From the NCBI GenBank assembly GCA_030390025.1, contig CM059447.1, positions 19,220,001 to 19,284,000 on the forward strand: a stretch of DNA of 64,000 nt, read 5' to 3'. This DNA comes from Squalus acanthias. Taxonomy: Eukaryota. Position 1 is the stretch's first letter, and each line of letters opens with the position of its first letter. Positions 25,340 through 37,639 of the stretch are shown one piece after another. Both the position numbers and the translations under genes were made by a program. The notes under the pieces are model-generated. The model had not been told where the DNA came from. It ran no database searches and was given only the letters and a program-made list of their open reading frames with translations.

Positions 25340-25955
25340 CTAGAAAAAAAAACTTTCTTTAAAAAAAAACAATTTGTGAATGATTGAAACAGTGTGTTTC
25401 CAATCAGTTACTAATTTATTAAATTAGACTAGAAGATTTCTTATACTGCCCATTGTTATACGAGAAAGAATGACAAGGCCAGGTGTTCAAAAGGGCAAAA
25501 CAGAAAATCCAATGAATCGCGATACAATAGAGCTTGGTCCAAAAAATAGCATCGGTCTCCTGCATTCAGACTTTTCACCCCCTCCCCACATCCATCAGTA
25601 ATAATTGTAACCTTGGAAAACATTCTTCCCCTTTCTCCTCCTAAAAAAAAAGCACCAATTCCTGATCCTTTTTATAGTAAAAGTCCATTCGAGATTCTTT
25701 GCATGCACCTTTTTCAAAGATATGCTGATAAGATATATGGAGCTAGCCATAATATGCAGCACCTCTAAGAAGAAATGCTATACAAATGGAATATCATTTT
25801 TTGTAGATAAAGCCTTTCAACTGTAACTAAATTATATGAGACATAATTCTTGTTGGTCACAAGAAAGCACCCAGTGCGACTGTTTTTGTATAGTGATACT
25901 GTTTAAAGGTAAGGAAACTGGATAATTTCCCAATCTTTGGGAATTTTGATTTAAT

Positions 25956-26381
25956 TTATTCATTCTCGGGATGTGAGCATCAATGGCAAGGTTGGCGTTT
26001 ACTGCTCATCCCTAGTTGTCCTGAGGAAGTGGTAGTGGGCATTCTTTGTGAACTGCTAGTCTTTGCAGCAGTTTGATACAACTGAGTGACGAGGCCACTT
26101 CAGAGGACAGCCATGTCGGTGTGGGTCTGGGGGTCACGTATAGACCAGACTGGGTAAGGTTGGCAGGTTTCCTTTCCTATTACAAGGCCATTAGTGAACC
26201 ATTGGGTTTTTACGACAATCCAACAGCTTCAGTCACTTTTCCTTTATACTGATAGCAGCTTTTTATTTTCAGATTTGATCATTCAAATTCTCAAACTGCC
26301 ATGATGAGATTTGAACGCATGTTCTCTGGATTATTAGTCCAGGTCTCCTGGATTACTAGTCCAGTAACATAACCACGACAC
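25956..26381 (-). mobile_element. tRNA-headed SINE sharing its body and tail with the LINE at 41106-44300
   Basis: Head gtgtcgtggttatgttactggactag..gttcaaatc; body matches 44060-44300; tail matches 41117-41230. Confidence 0.75.
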
Positions 26382-26399
26382 TAAGTTCCTAAAATCAGT

Positions 26400-28053
26400 A
26401 AGATTGAAACCATCCATTCTGCCTATGCCACATCCCTCCCTTCCCCTAACCCACCAAGGCAACTTCTCCCAAGGTTGCCCCATCCCTATCCCTGAACCCA
26501 CATCTTCCTCTAGTTTCTCTCACATCTCCCCTCATGCCCTCTCTGAGCTCATGCTGTCCATGAGACCCACCTCTCGATCCTATTCTCACTAAACTGCTGA
26601 CCACCCAACTTCCCTTCCTGGCCACCATGATAGCTGATATTGTGAACAGTTCCCGCTCTTCAGGTACTAGCTCCTTCCTTTTCAAATCTGCTGTCATCAC
26701 CCCTTCCTCAAAAAAAACCCTTGACCATTCTGTCCTTGAAAACTACCACCCATCTCCAACATCCCTTTCCTCTCAAGTCCTTGAATGTGCTGCAACCTCC
26801 CACATCCATGCCCACCTTTCCCACAACCCATTGTTTGAACCTCTGCAATCAGATTTCCGCCACTGCCACAGGATTGAAACGGGCCTAACCAAAGTCACAA
26901 ATGACATCCTATGTGACTGTGGCCATGTTGCACTATCCCTCCTCATCCTTCTCAACCTGTCTGCAGCCTTTGACAGTTGACCACACCATCCTCTTCCAAT
27001 GCCTTTTCTCCATTGTCCAGCTGAGTGGGAGTGCCCTCTCCTGGTTCCATTCTTACTTATCCAGTCATAGCCAGACAATCTCTGTAATGGATCTATCCTT
27101 GGCCCACTCCTATTTCTCATCTACATACGTCAGGTTCTACATTTACGCTGATGACACCCAGCTTTAACTCAATACCACCTCTCTCGACCCCTGCACTGCC
27201 ACTGTGTTGTCCGACATCCAGTACTGGATGAACAAAAATTTCCTCCAATTAAACATTGGGAAGGCTGGAGCCACTGTCTTTGGCCCCCGCCATAAACTCC
27301 ATTCCCTAGTCACCGATTCCATCCTCTTCCCTGCCCACTGCCTCAGGCAGAACCCGAATGTTCGCAGACTCAGCATCCTATTAGACTCTGAGCTGAGCTT
27401 CTGACACCATATCCTCTCCATCACCAAGACTGACTACTTCCACCTTTGTAATATCCCCCATCTCCGCACTTGCCTCAGCCCATCTGCTGCTGAAACCCTC
27501 ATCCATGCTTTTGTTACCTCCAGACTCGATTATTACAATGTTCTCCTGGCCGGCCTCCCATTTTCCACCTTCCATAAGCTTAAACTCATCAAAAACTCTG
27601 CTGCCATATCCTAACTCGCACCAAGTTCTGTTCACCCATCATCCCTGTGCTTGTTGACCTACATTGCCTCCCGGACACCAAATGCTGCAATTTAAAATTC
27701 TCATCCGCGAGTTCAATTCCCTCCATGGTCTCGCGACTCTCTATCTCTGTAACCTCTTCCAGCCATACAACCTTCTGAGAACTCTGCGTTCTGCCTCTTG
27801 TCCATCCCCCACTTCCTTCACCCCACCATTGGTGGCCGTGCCATCAGCCGCCTAGGCCCCAAGGTCTGGAATTCCCTCCCCTAAACCTCTCTGCCTCTCT
27901 CCTCATTCAAGACTCTCCTTAAAACCTACCTCTTTCGCTAAGCTTTTGGTCAACTGTCTTAATGTGTCCTTTTGTCTGATAACACTCCTGTGACGAGCCT
28001 TGGGATGTTTTACTACATTACAGGCACTATATAAATGCCAGTTGTTGTTGTTG
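26400..28053 (+). mobile_element. L2 LINE, degenerate
   Basis: KVTNDILCDC, LSAAFD, FYIYADDTQL and NFLQLNIGK motifs; (gtt)n tail. Confidence 0.92.
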
Positions 28054-28939
28054 CTGCCAGGACAGTGCTTGGAGTGGACAGGACGGACTCCTATTCCAGG
28101 GAACAGCCACACTGGTATTCTAGTACCTTTAAATCATTTGTTTTTTCCTTCTTACCGTGGACAATAAAAAAGGCATACTTATCTGTTACAAGCTCCTTCT
28201 CTAATCAGGAAAAATAATTTAACACCAGCCATTCTACACGTATCTCTAATCTGTTTTACCACTGCAGTCTTTGGTAATAAAATGCCTTTATTGCTAATGG
28301 CATCCAACCAATGTCGATTATATCACTGTTGAGAATCAAGAATGGGATTTTAAAGAGGAATATATAAGGTTTACTAATAACTCAGATTATCCAGTGAGTG
28401 ACTAAATTATACCAAATTCCCAGTCTGTACTGAGTTAGCTCATCTCACTAGGGTGACAGTTGCATGTCTCAATACCAAGGGAAAGGAGGATTAGTCAGAG
28501 TTATACTTCAGCAACCCAGCTGGAAGTGCATATGTACGAACATTAGGTGAGGATCAGGCTCGGTTGTGATTTGGTTTAATAGCCTGCTTGACACACACTG
28601 TCAACACTCACAGATGAATAATGGCAGCTTAAGTGAGGTATCAAAATGTGACAGCTCTGGTGGAATTGTACTCTAAGAAGAAGTAACTTCATTCAGGGCA
28701 GTAGGTGAGAAAATGACTGATAAAAGAGGAGTAATTCCATCAGAAATTTAAAAATAAATAAAATGAACAGTGTCTAAGAATTAAGATTACCATTACCAGC
28801 CCAGAAATGTCTGGCCCTCAGTGGTGAGAAACAGTCAGAGCGGGGCAGGGAAAGATGAGATAGGACCTAGTTACACCAGATCTCCATCCTTTTGTGGCGG
28901 GGACCGAAGACATTGGTTTTGGTGTTCCCAATGTTTAAT

Positions 28940-29047
28940 CGGTGGCCCATTCAAAATACCGCGCATGCGCCGTTTTTCCCTATTGAATAGCCGGCGAGTC
29001 AGCTGCGCAGGAGGTCCGGAGAGCTACGCAGCTTAAAGGGAACATTG
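28940..29047 (-). mobile_element. hAT MITE, partial copy of the 50860-51021 family
   Basis: Ends cttaaagggaacattg (TIR) and shares gcgcatgcgc/ggcccattcaaa internal sequence. Confidence 0.7.
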
Positions 29048-31524
29048 ATCCAGCTCTGCTTCTCCGACATCCAGTCCTGGATGAGCCAATATTTCCTCCA
29101 ATTAAACATTGGGAAGACCGAAGCCATTGCCATCAGCCTCCGCCACAAACTCCTCTCACTCACCATGAGTAATGCTACGGGAGATTCACGAACAATATAT
29201 TAAATGTCTTTCAAATAGTACGCATTGTCACACACTTCCTTTAACACTTTTGTGCTTCTCTGTAACAAGTCTCAATCACATTTAATCATAGTCAAATTTA
29301 TCTTAACCTAGACAATCTTATTTTAATGCACCTCATTGGGAGGTCATCATTCCCATGTGATTGACCCCCAAGCCTTGATCCCATCAATCCTGACTTCCAC
29401 TTTCTCAAGAGCTGCAGCAGATAAGATAAACAAAGTAAAACAATTGAAAAGCTCCAAACTTGGTCTAGATGTAGGAAACCAAGATCACAACTGAGCCTGA
29501 TTCTCACCTCTGCTCTTCAAATGATGTCATCGGGGCCTTGATCTGCTAATTTAACCACAGGTCTGAGTGGGGGGAGCAGTGATGACTTTCCCAACCAGGC
29601 TAAACCTGCCAGGAACAGCAGCCAAGGCCAGAAGAGGGCCAGCAAGACTAGTTTTTAAAATTTTATTTGTTTCCTAGTGGGCCAGAAAGACCAGGAATGC
29701 CTTTCTGAGCACCACAAGAAAGCCTTGGACGCCCTCTGCCTCAGGCTCCCCCCTTCCTCCCCTCCATGGACCGTGACTCCCTTGTCGAGCCCCAACAATC
29801 CACTTACCTTGTGCCAGGGACCGTTTCCCTGGGTACCCGGTGGCGGCCTTCTGCGACCCGATTTTAACGGTCAGGCAGCCGCTTCCCGGCAAATTCCTGG
29901 CTGTTTTGGTCGGAAAGCGGCAAGCTAATGAGGCCTGGCCATTGAGAATCAGCCAAGCCTGCATGCTGCTGTTCCTGGACACGCTCGTCACTCGCTTTGT
30001 CACTTTCCCGCCCGGGAGTTAAAAATCTAGCACCTAGATTCTGGGTGTTTTGATTATGCACAACTGGCTAACTACCTCTGGGTATTTTCTGCATACTATA
30101 ATTCACCACCTGTTACCAGCTAGCACTTTCCACTTATTTATTTACTCAGGGGAACTCATTATTTTCATGATTCCTTATTCCTGGATCATCAGGCACATGC
30201 TCTTCAGGTTTATGAATCAGTTCTACTTTTCAGTATTGTCAACCTGTTCACATAAAATTCACAGCTGCTACAACTTAATTTCCAAAACAACATTTCCAAC
30301 TGCATTATCATCTATGTTTTTTTTTAGATTTGTTTGAAACAGACAGGAAATCACCAGCAGTCGGATTTCTCTTGGGTTTCAATGTATTTTTGAAATACCA
30401 TCTTTACGTGTTTTTTCGTCTCAGATTGCATAAATGTTACTTTTTGGATCAAATTCTGTGTTTTTCTGTCATTTAACTTCCTTCTGGCCCATAAGATCTT
30501 GTTCAATAAAACCAATGTCCTGTTGTTTTTATATTGACCTCCTTCTTCAATCCGGTGTCTATTGGAAATGTCTAACTCAATCCGAGCAAGACTTTTTTCA
30601 AAATGGATTCCTGATTACCAGATTGCACAGCATTTCCATGTTTATACCAAATCATGTAAATATCTATTCAATCTTATTTTGTAAAAAAATTGTGACAAAA
30701 ACTTAAATTGCTGTGCTTGTGGTTACAAAAAAATTGAAAATAAAATCTGTATAACTGATGGAATCCAGCTATGCAGATCCTTGCAGCATTGTGTGGTGGG
30801 TGATTTTAAGCTGTTAAATGGAAATGGTTCAGGATTTTAATAAAAGACATAAAACAAAAATCAGTTTCTGAATGTCATCTTATTCATTTTTTTTCTAGTT
30901 AGAACACTGCAAAAATTATACTGTCTGCATAAGACAGGAGACATGAAATGCCTTGAAGCATTTCATTTAAACTGAATTTTATACTTGTGAAAGGGCTCAT
31001 TTGAAATAAATTAGAATTGCAATCATTTGTGAGAAAGTTGGAGTTGATGTAGTTACAAAATTGCTTGATCTGAATTTGCAATGTTGTATTTCAAATGTGA
31101 AATAACGCTCTCCTAACTGTAATCTTACTGTCTGAAATTTGTTGCCTAATCCACCCAGTACAAGTAAGGGTAGTCTAGATTGTAGTCACCTCATGTGCTG
31201 AACTACTGATTTCTGCTAGACTTACACTGTTGGTTTATTCGGGTCATCTGCTGATAGGCAGCAATCTAAAGTGTCATCATTATTTCAAATAGTTCAGAAA
31301 ACACATAACCTTTCCACTCAGTCAGAGACAGTGGTGCGCAATCAAAGTGTTCCCAAGATAAAAGTCCCTGTAGACCTAAAACAAACAAATGCCCGATCCA
31401 AAACATGCAACAAAGTAAAATTCTATTCAATCCCAGGAATAAAGCTGCAATTTTGTTGCAGAACTTTTCCTTGAAATTCAGCAGAAGTGTTGCATGAATG
31501 GCTCAGTGAGTAAATGCACCATCT

Positions 31525-34302
31525 CTTCTCCTTCTTCTTCTTATGATGCGGAGATGCCGGTGTTGGACTGGGGTGGACAAAAGTAGGCAGTCCCTCGGAA
31601 CCGAGGATGACTTGCTTCCACATTAAAAATGAGTTCTCAGGTGACTGATGAGTCCAATGTGGGACCTACAGTCTCTGTCACAGGTGGGGCAGACGGTGGT
31701 TGAAGGGGCGGGTGGGCGGGGTGCTTGGGTTGACGTGCGCTCCTTGCGCTTGGCTTCCACTTGCTCCTGGCGAAGAGACTCGAGGTGTTCGGCGCCTTCC
31801 CTGATGCTTCTCCTCCACTTTGTGTGGTCTTGGGCCAGGGATTCCCAGGTGTCAGTGGGGATGTTGCACTTTTTCAAGGAGGCTTTGAGGGTGTCCTTGA
31901 AGAGTTTCCTCTGCCCACCTGGGGCTCTCTTGCCGCGTTGGAGCTCCGAGTAGAGCACTTGTTTTTGGAGTCTCGTATCGGGCATGCAGACGATGTGACC
32001 CGTCCATTGGAGCTGATTGAGCGTGGTCAAAGCTTCGATGCTGGGGATGTTGGCCTGAGCGAGAACACTAACGTTGGTGCACCTATCCTGCCAATGGATT
32101 TGCAGGATCTTGCGGGGGCAGAGTTGGTGCTACCTCTCCAGTGCTATGAGGTGCCTGCTGTATATGGTCCATGTCTCTGAGGCATACAGCAGGGCAGGTA
32201 TCACTGCTGTTCTGTAGACCATGAGCTTAGTGCCAGGTTTGAGGTCCTGGTCTTCAAACACTCTCTTACTCAGGCGACCGAAGGCTGCACTGGCACACTG
32301 ACGTCTGCCCTCGTTGAAAGTAGGCTCCCGAGGTATGGAAAGTGGTCCACGTTGTCCAAGGCCTTGTCGTGGATTTTGATAATCGGGGGACAGTACTGTG
32401 TGGCGGGGGCAGGTTGGTAGAGGATCTTTGTCTTACGGATGTTTAGTGTAAGGCCTATGCTCTCATACGCTTCGGTGAAGGTGTTGACGATGGTTTGGAG
32501 TTCGACCTCCGAGTGAGCGCAGACGCAAGCGTCGTCTGCATACTGTAATTCAATGACAGAGGATGGGACGACCTTGGATCTGGGCTGGAGGCGAAGGAGG
32601 TTGAACAGTTTCCCGTTTGTTCTGTAAATTAGCTCCACTCCAGCGGGGAGCTTATTGGGGGTGAGATGGAGCATTGCAGCAAGGAAGATCGAGAAGAGCG
32701 TTGGTGCGATGAGACAGCCTTGCTTGACCCCGGTCCGTATGTGAATTGGGTCTGTGGTAGAACCGTTGGTGAGGATCACGGCTTGCATGTTGTCGTGAAG
32801 CAGGCGGAGGATGGTGACAAACTTTTGAGGGCAGCTGAATTTGAGGAGGACACGCCATAATCCCTCACGGTTGACAGTGTCAAAGGCCTTTGTGAGATCA
32901 AAGAAGGTCATGTACAGCAGTTGGTGCTGTTCCCTGCATTTCTCTTGTAATTGACGCACGGTGAAGATCATGTCCATTGTGCACCTTAGTGGGCGGAATC
33001 CGCATTGCGACTCTGGGAGGAGCTCTTCGGCCACTGGGAGAAGGCGATTGAGGAGGATTCTTGCGATGACTTTCCCTGTGGCAGACAGCAGGGAAACTCC
33101 TCTGTAATTACCGCAATCGGACTTGTCACCTTTCTTGAAGATGGTCACAATTACGGTGTCTCTGAGATCCCCTGGCATGTTCTCCACCTTCCAGATAAGA
33201 GAAATTAGTTCATGAATTCGCGCCAGTAGTGCTTCTCCGCCATGCTTTAGTGCCTCGGCAGGGATTCCATCTGCTCCTGAGGCCTTGTTGTTCTTCAGTT
33301 GTCGGATGGCCTTTTCAACCTCATGCCGGGCTGGGGTTGTGCTGAGATGGTGGCGGGTAGCATGCTGCGGGATGGAGTTGAGGACACTCGCATCGAAGAC
33401 AGAGGGCTGGATTTTCAATGACCTGTGGAGTCGGGTTTGGAGGTGTGTGGGGGGTTAAAGTTGCAGATTCGGGGGTCCCGACCCCGTCCCGACTCCATTC
33501 TGCCTCCATGCAATTTTGACAAAATCGGTCGTGGGGTTCCCGACTCCGTCCCGCCTCCAAGAGGCGGGAGAGGCCATTAAAGCCCTTAACAAGCCCTAAA
33601 TTGGCTCTGTAATGCCATTTTGAAACATTTTAGCTAGTTTAACCCTTTTCCGACGTGAAGTACGCCTGATGTGAAACACTCCAGTGAAACCTGGCGGGAG
33701 CACAAGTGGATAGCTGACTATCAGCTGCAGGTCCACTATTACAACGGAGATGTGATGAAGGTAGTAGTAATATTAGGTCTGAAAGTTGACTCTGATGCTG
33801 CTGCATTGAATGTCTTCAGAGACTGCCTGGGAGGACTTGGTTGCAAAAAAAATTCTCTCATTCTCTCTCTCTGAGGTGCTGCTCATTTTGCATCCAGGTC
33901 CTCTCACAGCAAAGGCCAGGCAATCTCTGAGACCAGGCAGTCGCTGACCTGCAATGATGACATCATCAGAGGTGACTTTCAGACTGAAACCACTAATTGG
34001 TTCATGGGTTCCCACATGCTGGAACTCAATTGCCCAATTAAGTGAAAATTGAATCAATCTCCCACATCCAATTGCAGGCGGGTGGATAACACGAAATGCG
34101 GATGACACGACCCCAACCTGCCCCAGTATCAAAATCCAGCCCAGAGTCTCGGTTAAGGAGATCTTCGAAGTGCTCCTTCCAGCGGGTACTGACTGCCTCT
34201 CTGTCCTTGATGAGTACCTCTCCGTTCTTGGCCCGCAGTGGGGTAGGACCTTGGGTGCTTGGGCCGTAGATGGTCTTGACTGCACAAAAGAATCCACGCA
34301 CG
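31525..34302 (-). mobile_element. RTE-clade LINE, 5'-truncated, interrupted by a Harbinger MITE
   Basis: 382-aa RT ORF 32270-33418 (NYRGVSLL, QCGFR, DLTKAFD, GVKQGC, YADD); C-terminal CPTC..SH zinc knuckle; (AAG)n tail; upstream RWKEHFEDLLN. Confidence 0.95.
33404..34142. mobile_element. Non-autonomous PIF/Harbinger element (739 bp)
   Basis: 12-bp TIR GGGCTGGATTTT/AAAATCCAGCCC; 3-bp TSD AGA (33401-33403, 34143-34145); removal restores the RTE frame ...NRDSVFDAS. Confidence 0.9.
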
Positions 34303-35099
34303 TGTAGTAATGAACCATCACAGACCAGGAAGGGCTCAGGCCCCATTCAATACTGAGCTAATCTCAGCCAGGAAGGTTACTGGGTTCCTCCAGCAATCTG
34401 AGCTATGGAACTGAAAAAAGTTAGCTAGGGTTCCCGCTCCTGGTCGCTATCCAGTGACTGCTGCTGGAAAGCGCATATGTGTGTCTGTGCATGCTGTGAA
34501 CAGGGAAAAGGCTCAGCTATAATGTCCTCTATAGTCAAATAGTCTGGTGACATTGCCTAGGTTCACACATGAATGCCCAACTGGGCAAGATACACACAGG
34601 CAGACATTCCAGCAGCAGTGACTCTTCATTGTGAAATTGACCAATACTGTATATATTGCTCAATGATACTATCTCTTGTATCATGTGAGATTGCCAGATT
34701 TGCTCAGCACACTCAGCAATCACTTACATCCCACGTGTTATTTTAGCAATATGCTACCTCGTAAGATGTCTTGTTACAACACTGATACATTTGTGTCACA
34801 ATTTGAATGAAATCTCAGCAGCTATCCTTAAAAGACCTTCACTATTCTCTGGGTCTAGACATTTACAAATTAGTTTTCCTCTACTCAGAACAGCCAAAAA
34901 AGCAAAAGTACCCAGAGTCACCAATTTCACCCATGCTGCCGGGTGAAAGGACGGGTGCTGAATTGCAGTGAAGGGAAAGGGAGTAAATTCAGATGCTCTC
35001 ACACATCTGCTAGCTACTGGCCATAGAGTAGCATAGGCAGTGATGTCCGAGTAAGTCCCTCTTCAAGTGACCTGAAAAAGGTTTCCACTGGTCATAGAA

Positions 35100-35760
35100 A
35101 TATTTGGCGGTTGCGGGGGGGGGGAGGGATTCTTCTGTTTTGGTCAGAGTTCCGGTAGGGTAGGACTTCCACCTGCCCCTCCGTAGTCGCCCCAACCTGG
35201 CCCATTTTTCTGGGTCTGGGCACATTGCATATGCACAGCGGGCTGCTGGCAGGACTCCCATCATGAAGAAGGAGCCGGTCAGTGTAACCAAGTACTGCAG
35301 TAGGAACCAGATGAGGTGGTGAGGGATCTTAAAGGGGCATAAGTGCTGCAAAAATCAAAATGAAGGCTCCCACTGAAGATCTCGGCCGTACCAAAGCCTT
35401 CAGCAGTGGAGTGTTTGTGATTGACTGGACGGAGCAGAGGCCACAACAAGACCCTCTCTCTCCTTTGGGGGATCTTGGGCCTCTATTGCCACTTCCCAGG
35501 ACCTACCGCCATCTTCAACATGGCGGCCCTGGGATCCGGCAGTAACTGGGCCGGAAAGGAGGGAAATCCACGAGGCCCTGCCTCCACACCACCATTTGTA
35601 CACAGTAGGTAGGAAGGAGCGGCCACCAGCAAACCCGGTGGAGGGGGAGGGAAATTCCAGTTGGGACACTGAAGCAGCAGTAGGCCTCATCATCCAAATT
35701 TTCTGACAATCTCCATCGCAATGGGATTGCGGAGGTACATTCTCTCCCATCACGTCCTAA
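35100..35760. mobile_element. Probable Harbinger-related non-autonomous remnant
   Basis: GC-rich, with atctt.aaaggggc and ccgccatcttcaacatggcgg motifs seen in such elements; no TIR/TSD pair resolved. Confidence 0.4.
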
Positions 35761-36214
35761 AAGTTTTATTTAAAAAAAATGAAGGACTTGCATTTATTTA
35801 GCACCTTACCATGTCTTTCAGAAATGTCTTAAAGCACTTTGTAGTGAATTATTTTGAAAAGCAGTGACTGTTGTTATGAAGGTAAACAGGGCAGCTATTA
35901 AATATTCAGTTGATTTTTGTTCCTGGGAGATAGGCCTGGAAAACATTTTCTGGAATGTTTCCCAGGCCCCATTATCTCGTCTCCAGACTTTAATGGAGCT
36001 CAGATGGGACCTGCAGAAAAGTCAATTTGACAGAACGAGACTGTTGGGAAAGATCAGAGTGTTTTTTTCTATCATTTCTCCTGAAGCATCGAGGCACTGA
36101 CTCATTCTGGGGCGTGGTTCCAGAGGTGCTGACAGCTCTCCAAGTGTTCGTTCATCAATTGTGAGACTTTATAGAGTGTCAGCAAACGTTTTGGTCTCGA
36201 TATTGACCCCCCAC

Positions 36215-36650
36215 CCCACGACGGGTGGGAGCAGTTCGGGGGCATTACCATCGCCGAATCTCCCACCATCATCATCCTGGGAGGGTCACCATTGACCAGA
36301 AACTTAACTGGACCAGCCACATAAGTGGCTACAAGAGCAGGTTAGAGGCTGGGTATACTGCTGCGAGTGACTCACGTCCTGACTCCCCAAAGTCTTTTCA
36401 CCACCTGCAAGGCACAAGTCAGGACTCAGGAGTGTGATGGAATACTCTCCACTTGCCTGGATGAGTGCAGCTTCAACAACACTCAAGAAGCTAGACACCA
36501 TTCAGGACAAAGCAACCCGCTTGATTGGCACCCCATCCACCACCTTAAACATTCACTCCCTCCACCATTGGCGCACCGTGGCTGCAGTGTGTACCATCTA
36601 CAAGATGCACTGCAGCAACTCGCCAAGGCTTCTTCAACAGCACCTCCAAG
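36215..36650 (+). mobile_element. 3' fragment of the CR1-superfamily LINE (same family as 41106-44300)
   Basis: MEYSPLAWMSAASTTLKKLDTIQDKATRLIG...LHHWRTVAAVCTIYKMH. Confidence 0.88.
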
Positions 36651-37639
36651 AAGCTGGGATATGCTTCCGGAGACCCTGTGAAAAGTGCTCGATAGTAGAG
36701 GTAGGTGAATAGAAGGCAAGCAGTCATCTTTTTGCTGCTTCCTTGTCTTTCCCCCCCGCCCCCCTGTTGGTGAAACCTAGTGCTTCACAGTATAAAGGGG
36801 ACAGTTTCACCAAAAAGTGGGCAAGTTTCCAAAGCAGTTCGGAAGAGGAAGAAGAAACTGAATGGTTCTCCAGAAGCTTATCCCAGCAAAATTAGTCAGA
36901 CAGCAGGAGCTGCACACAGATATGGGGGTGGTTGAAGAGTGAAGAATAGAAATAATCAATGTTCCCAACCCATAGGGACTGTCAATCTGATAGCACTAAG
37001 ATATCTTCATGAGCCTGATTAAACAAATTCTAGTCAATGTCTAGTCGGTATGACATATTTATTGATTACCTTAACAGCAATGTCAACAGATTGATTGATG
37101 TTAGGTTTGCAAAAGCAACTGTCAGATAAGTAGTAGGGGGAATTTCAGTGATGGCTGAACTGTGCTAAAATGAAGGACAATTATGTTGAAATACATCCAT
37201 ACTTATTGCCTCCCAACTGCCCTGAAGGTATTGATTCTTGCTGTGCTACAATTCTATAGGACCAGCTGTCCTGCAGTATGCAAACAGAGTGATATTCCTC
37301 CTGCGTGAGCCTAGACACTGAGTATTGGCAGGCTATTTTGTCGTGGGAGGCATCACAGCGGAGGTGAATCCAGTTATGATCTAACTTCCACAGAAGAGAA
37401 TTTTCCAGTGAGTGTGATCAAGCGTGGATTCTTCTACAGAACATCAAAAGATGCAATCCTACCCTATGGAGACTACTAAAACAGAAAGAAAGTAACTTAT
37501 TCTTCTAACTTGCAGATGATATTGTGACTACACTTACAAAAAAAAAATTGGCTCTGAAGCATTTTGAGACGTTCCGAGGATGTGGAAGGTGCTATATAAA
37601 TGCAAGTTCTTTCATCTTTCTAAATCACCAATAGAAAAC

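Noticed and set aside
32270-33418. 382-aa RT ORF as a host gene or retron-like system
   Set aside because: It is part of a truncated, frameshifted, MITE-interrupted RTE LINE.
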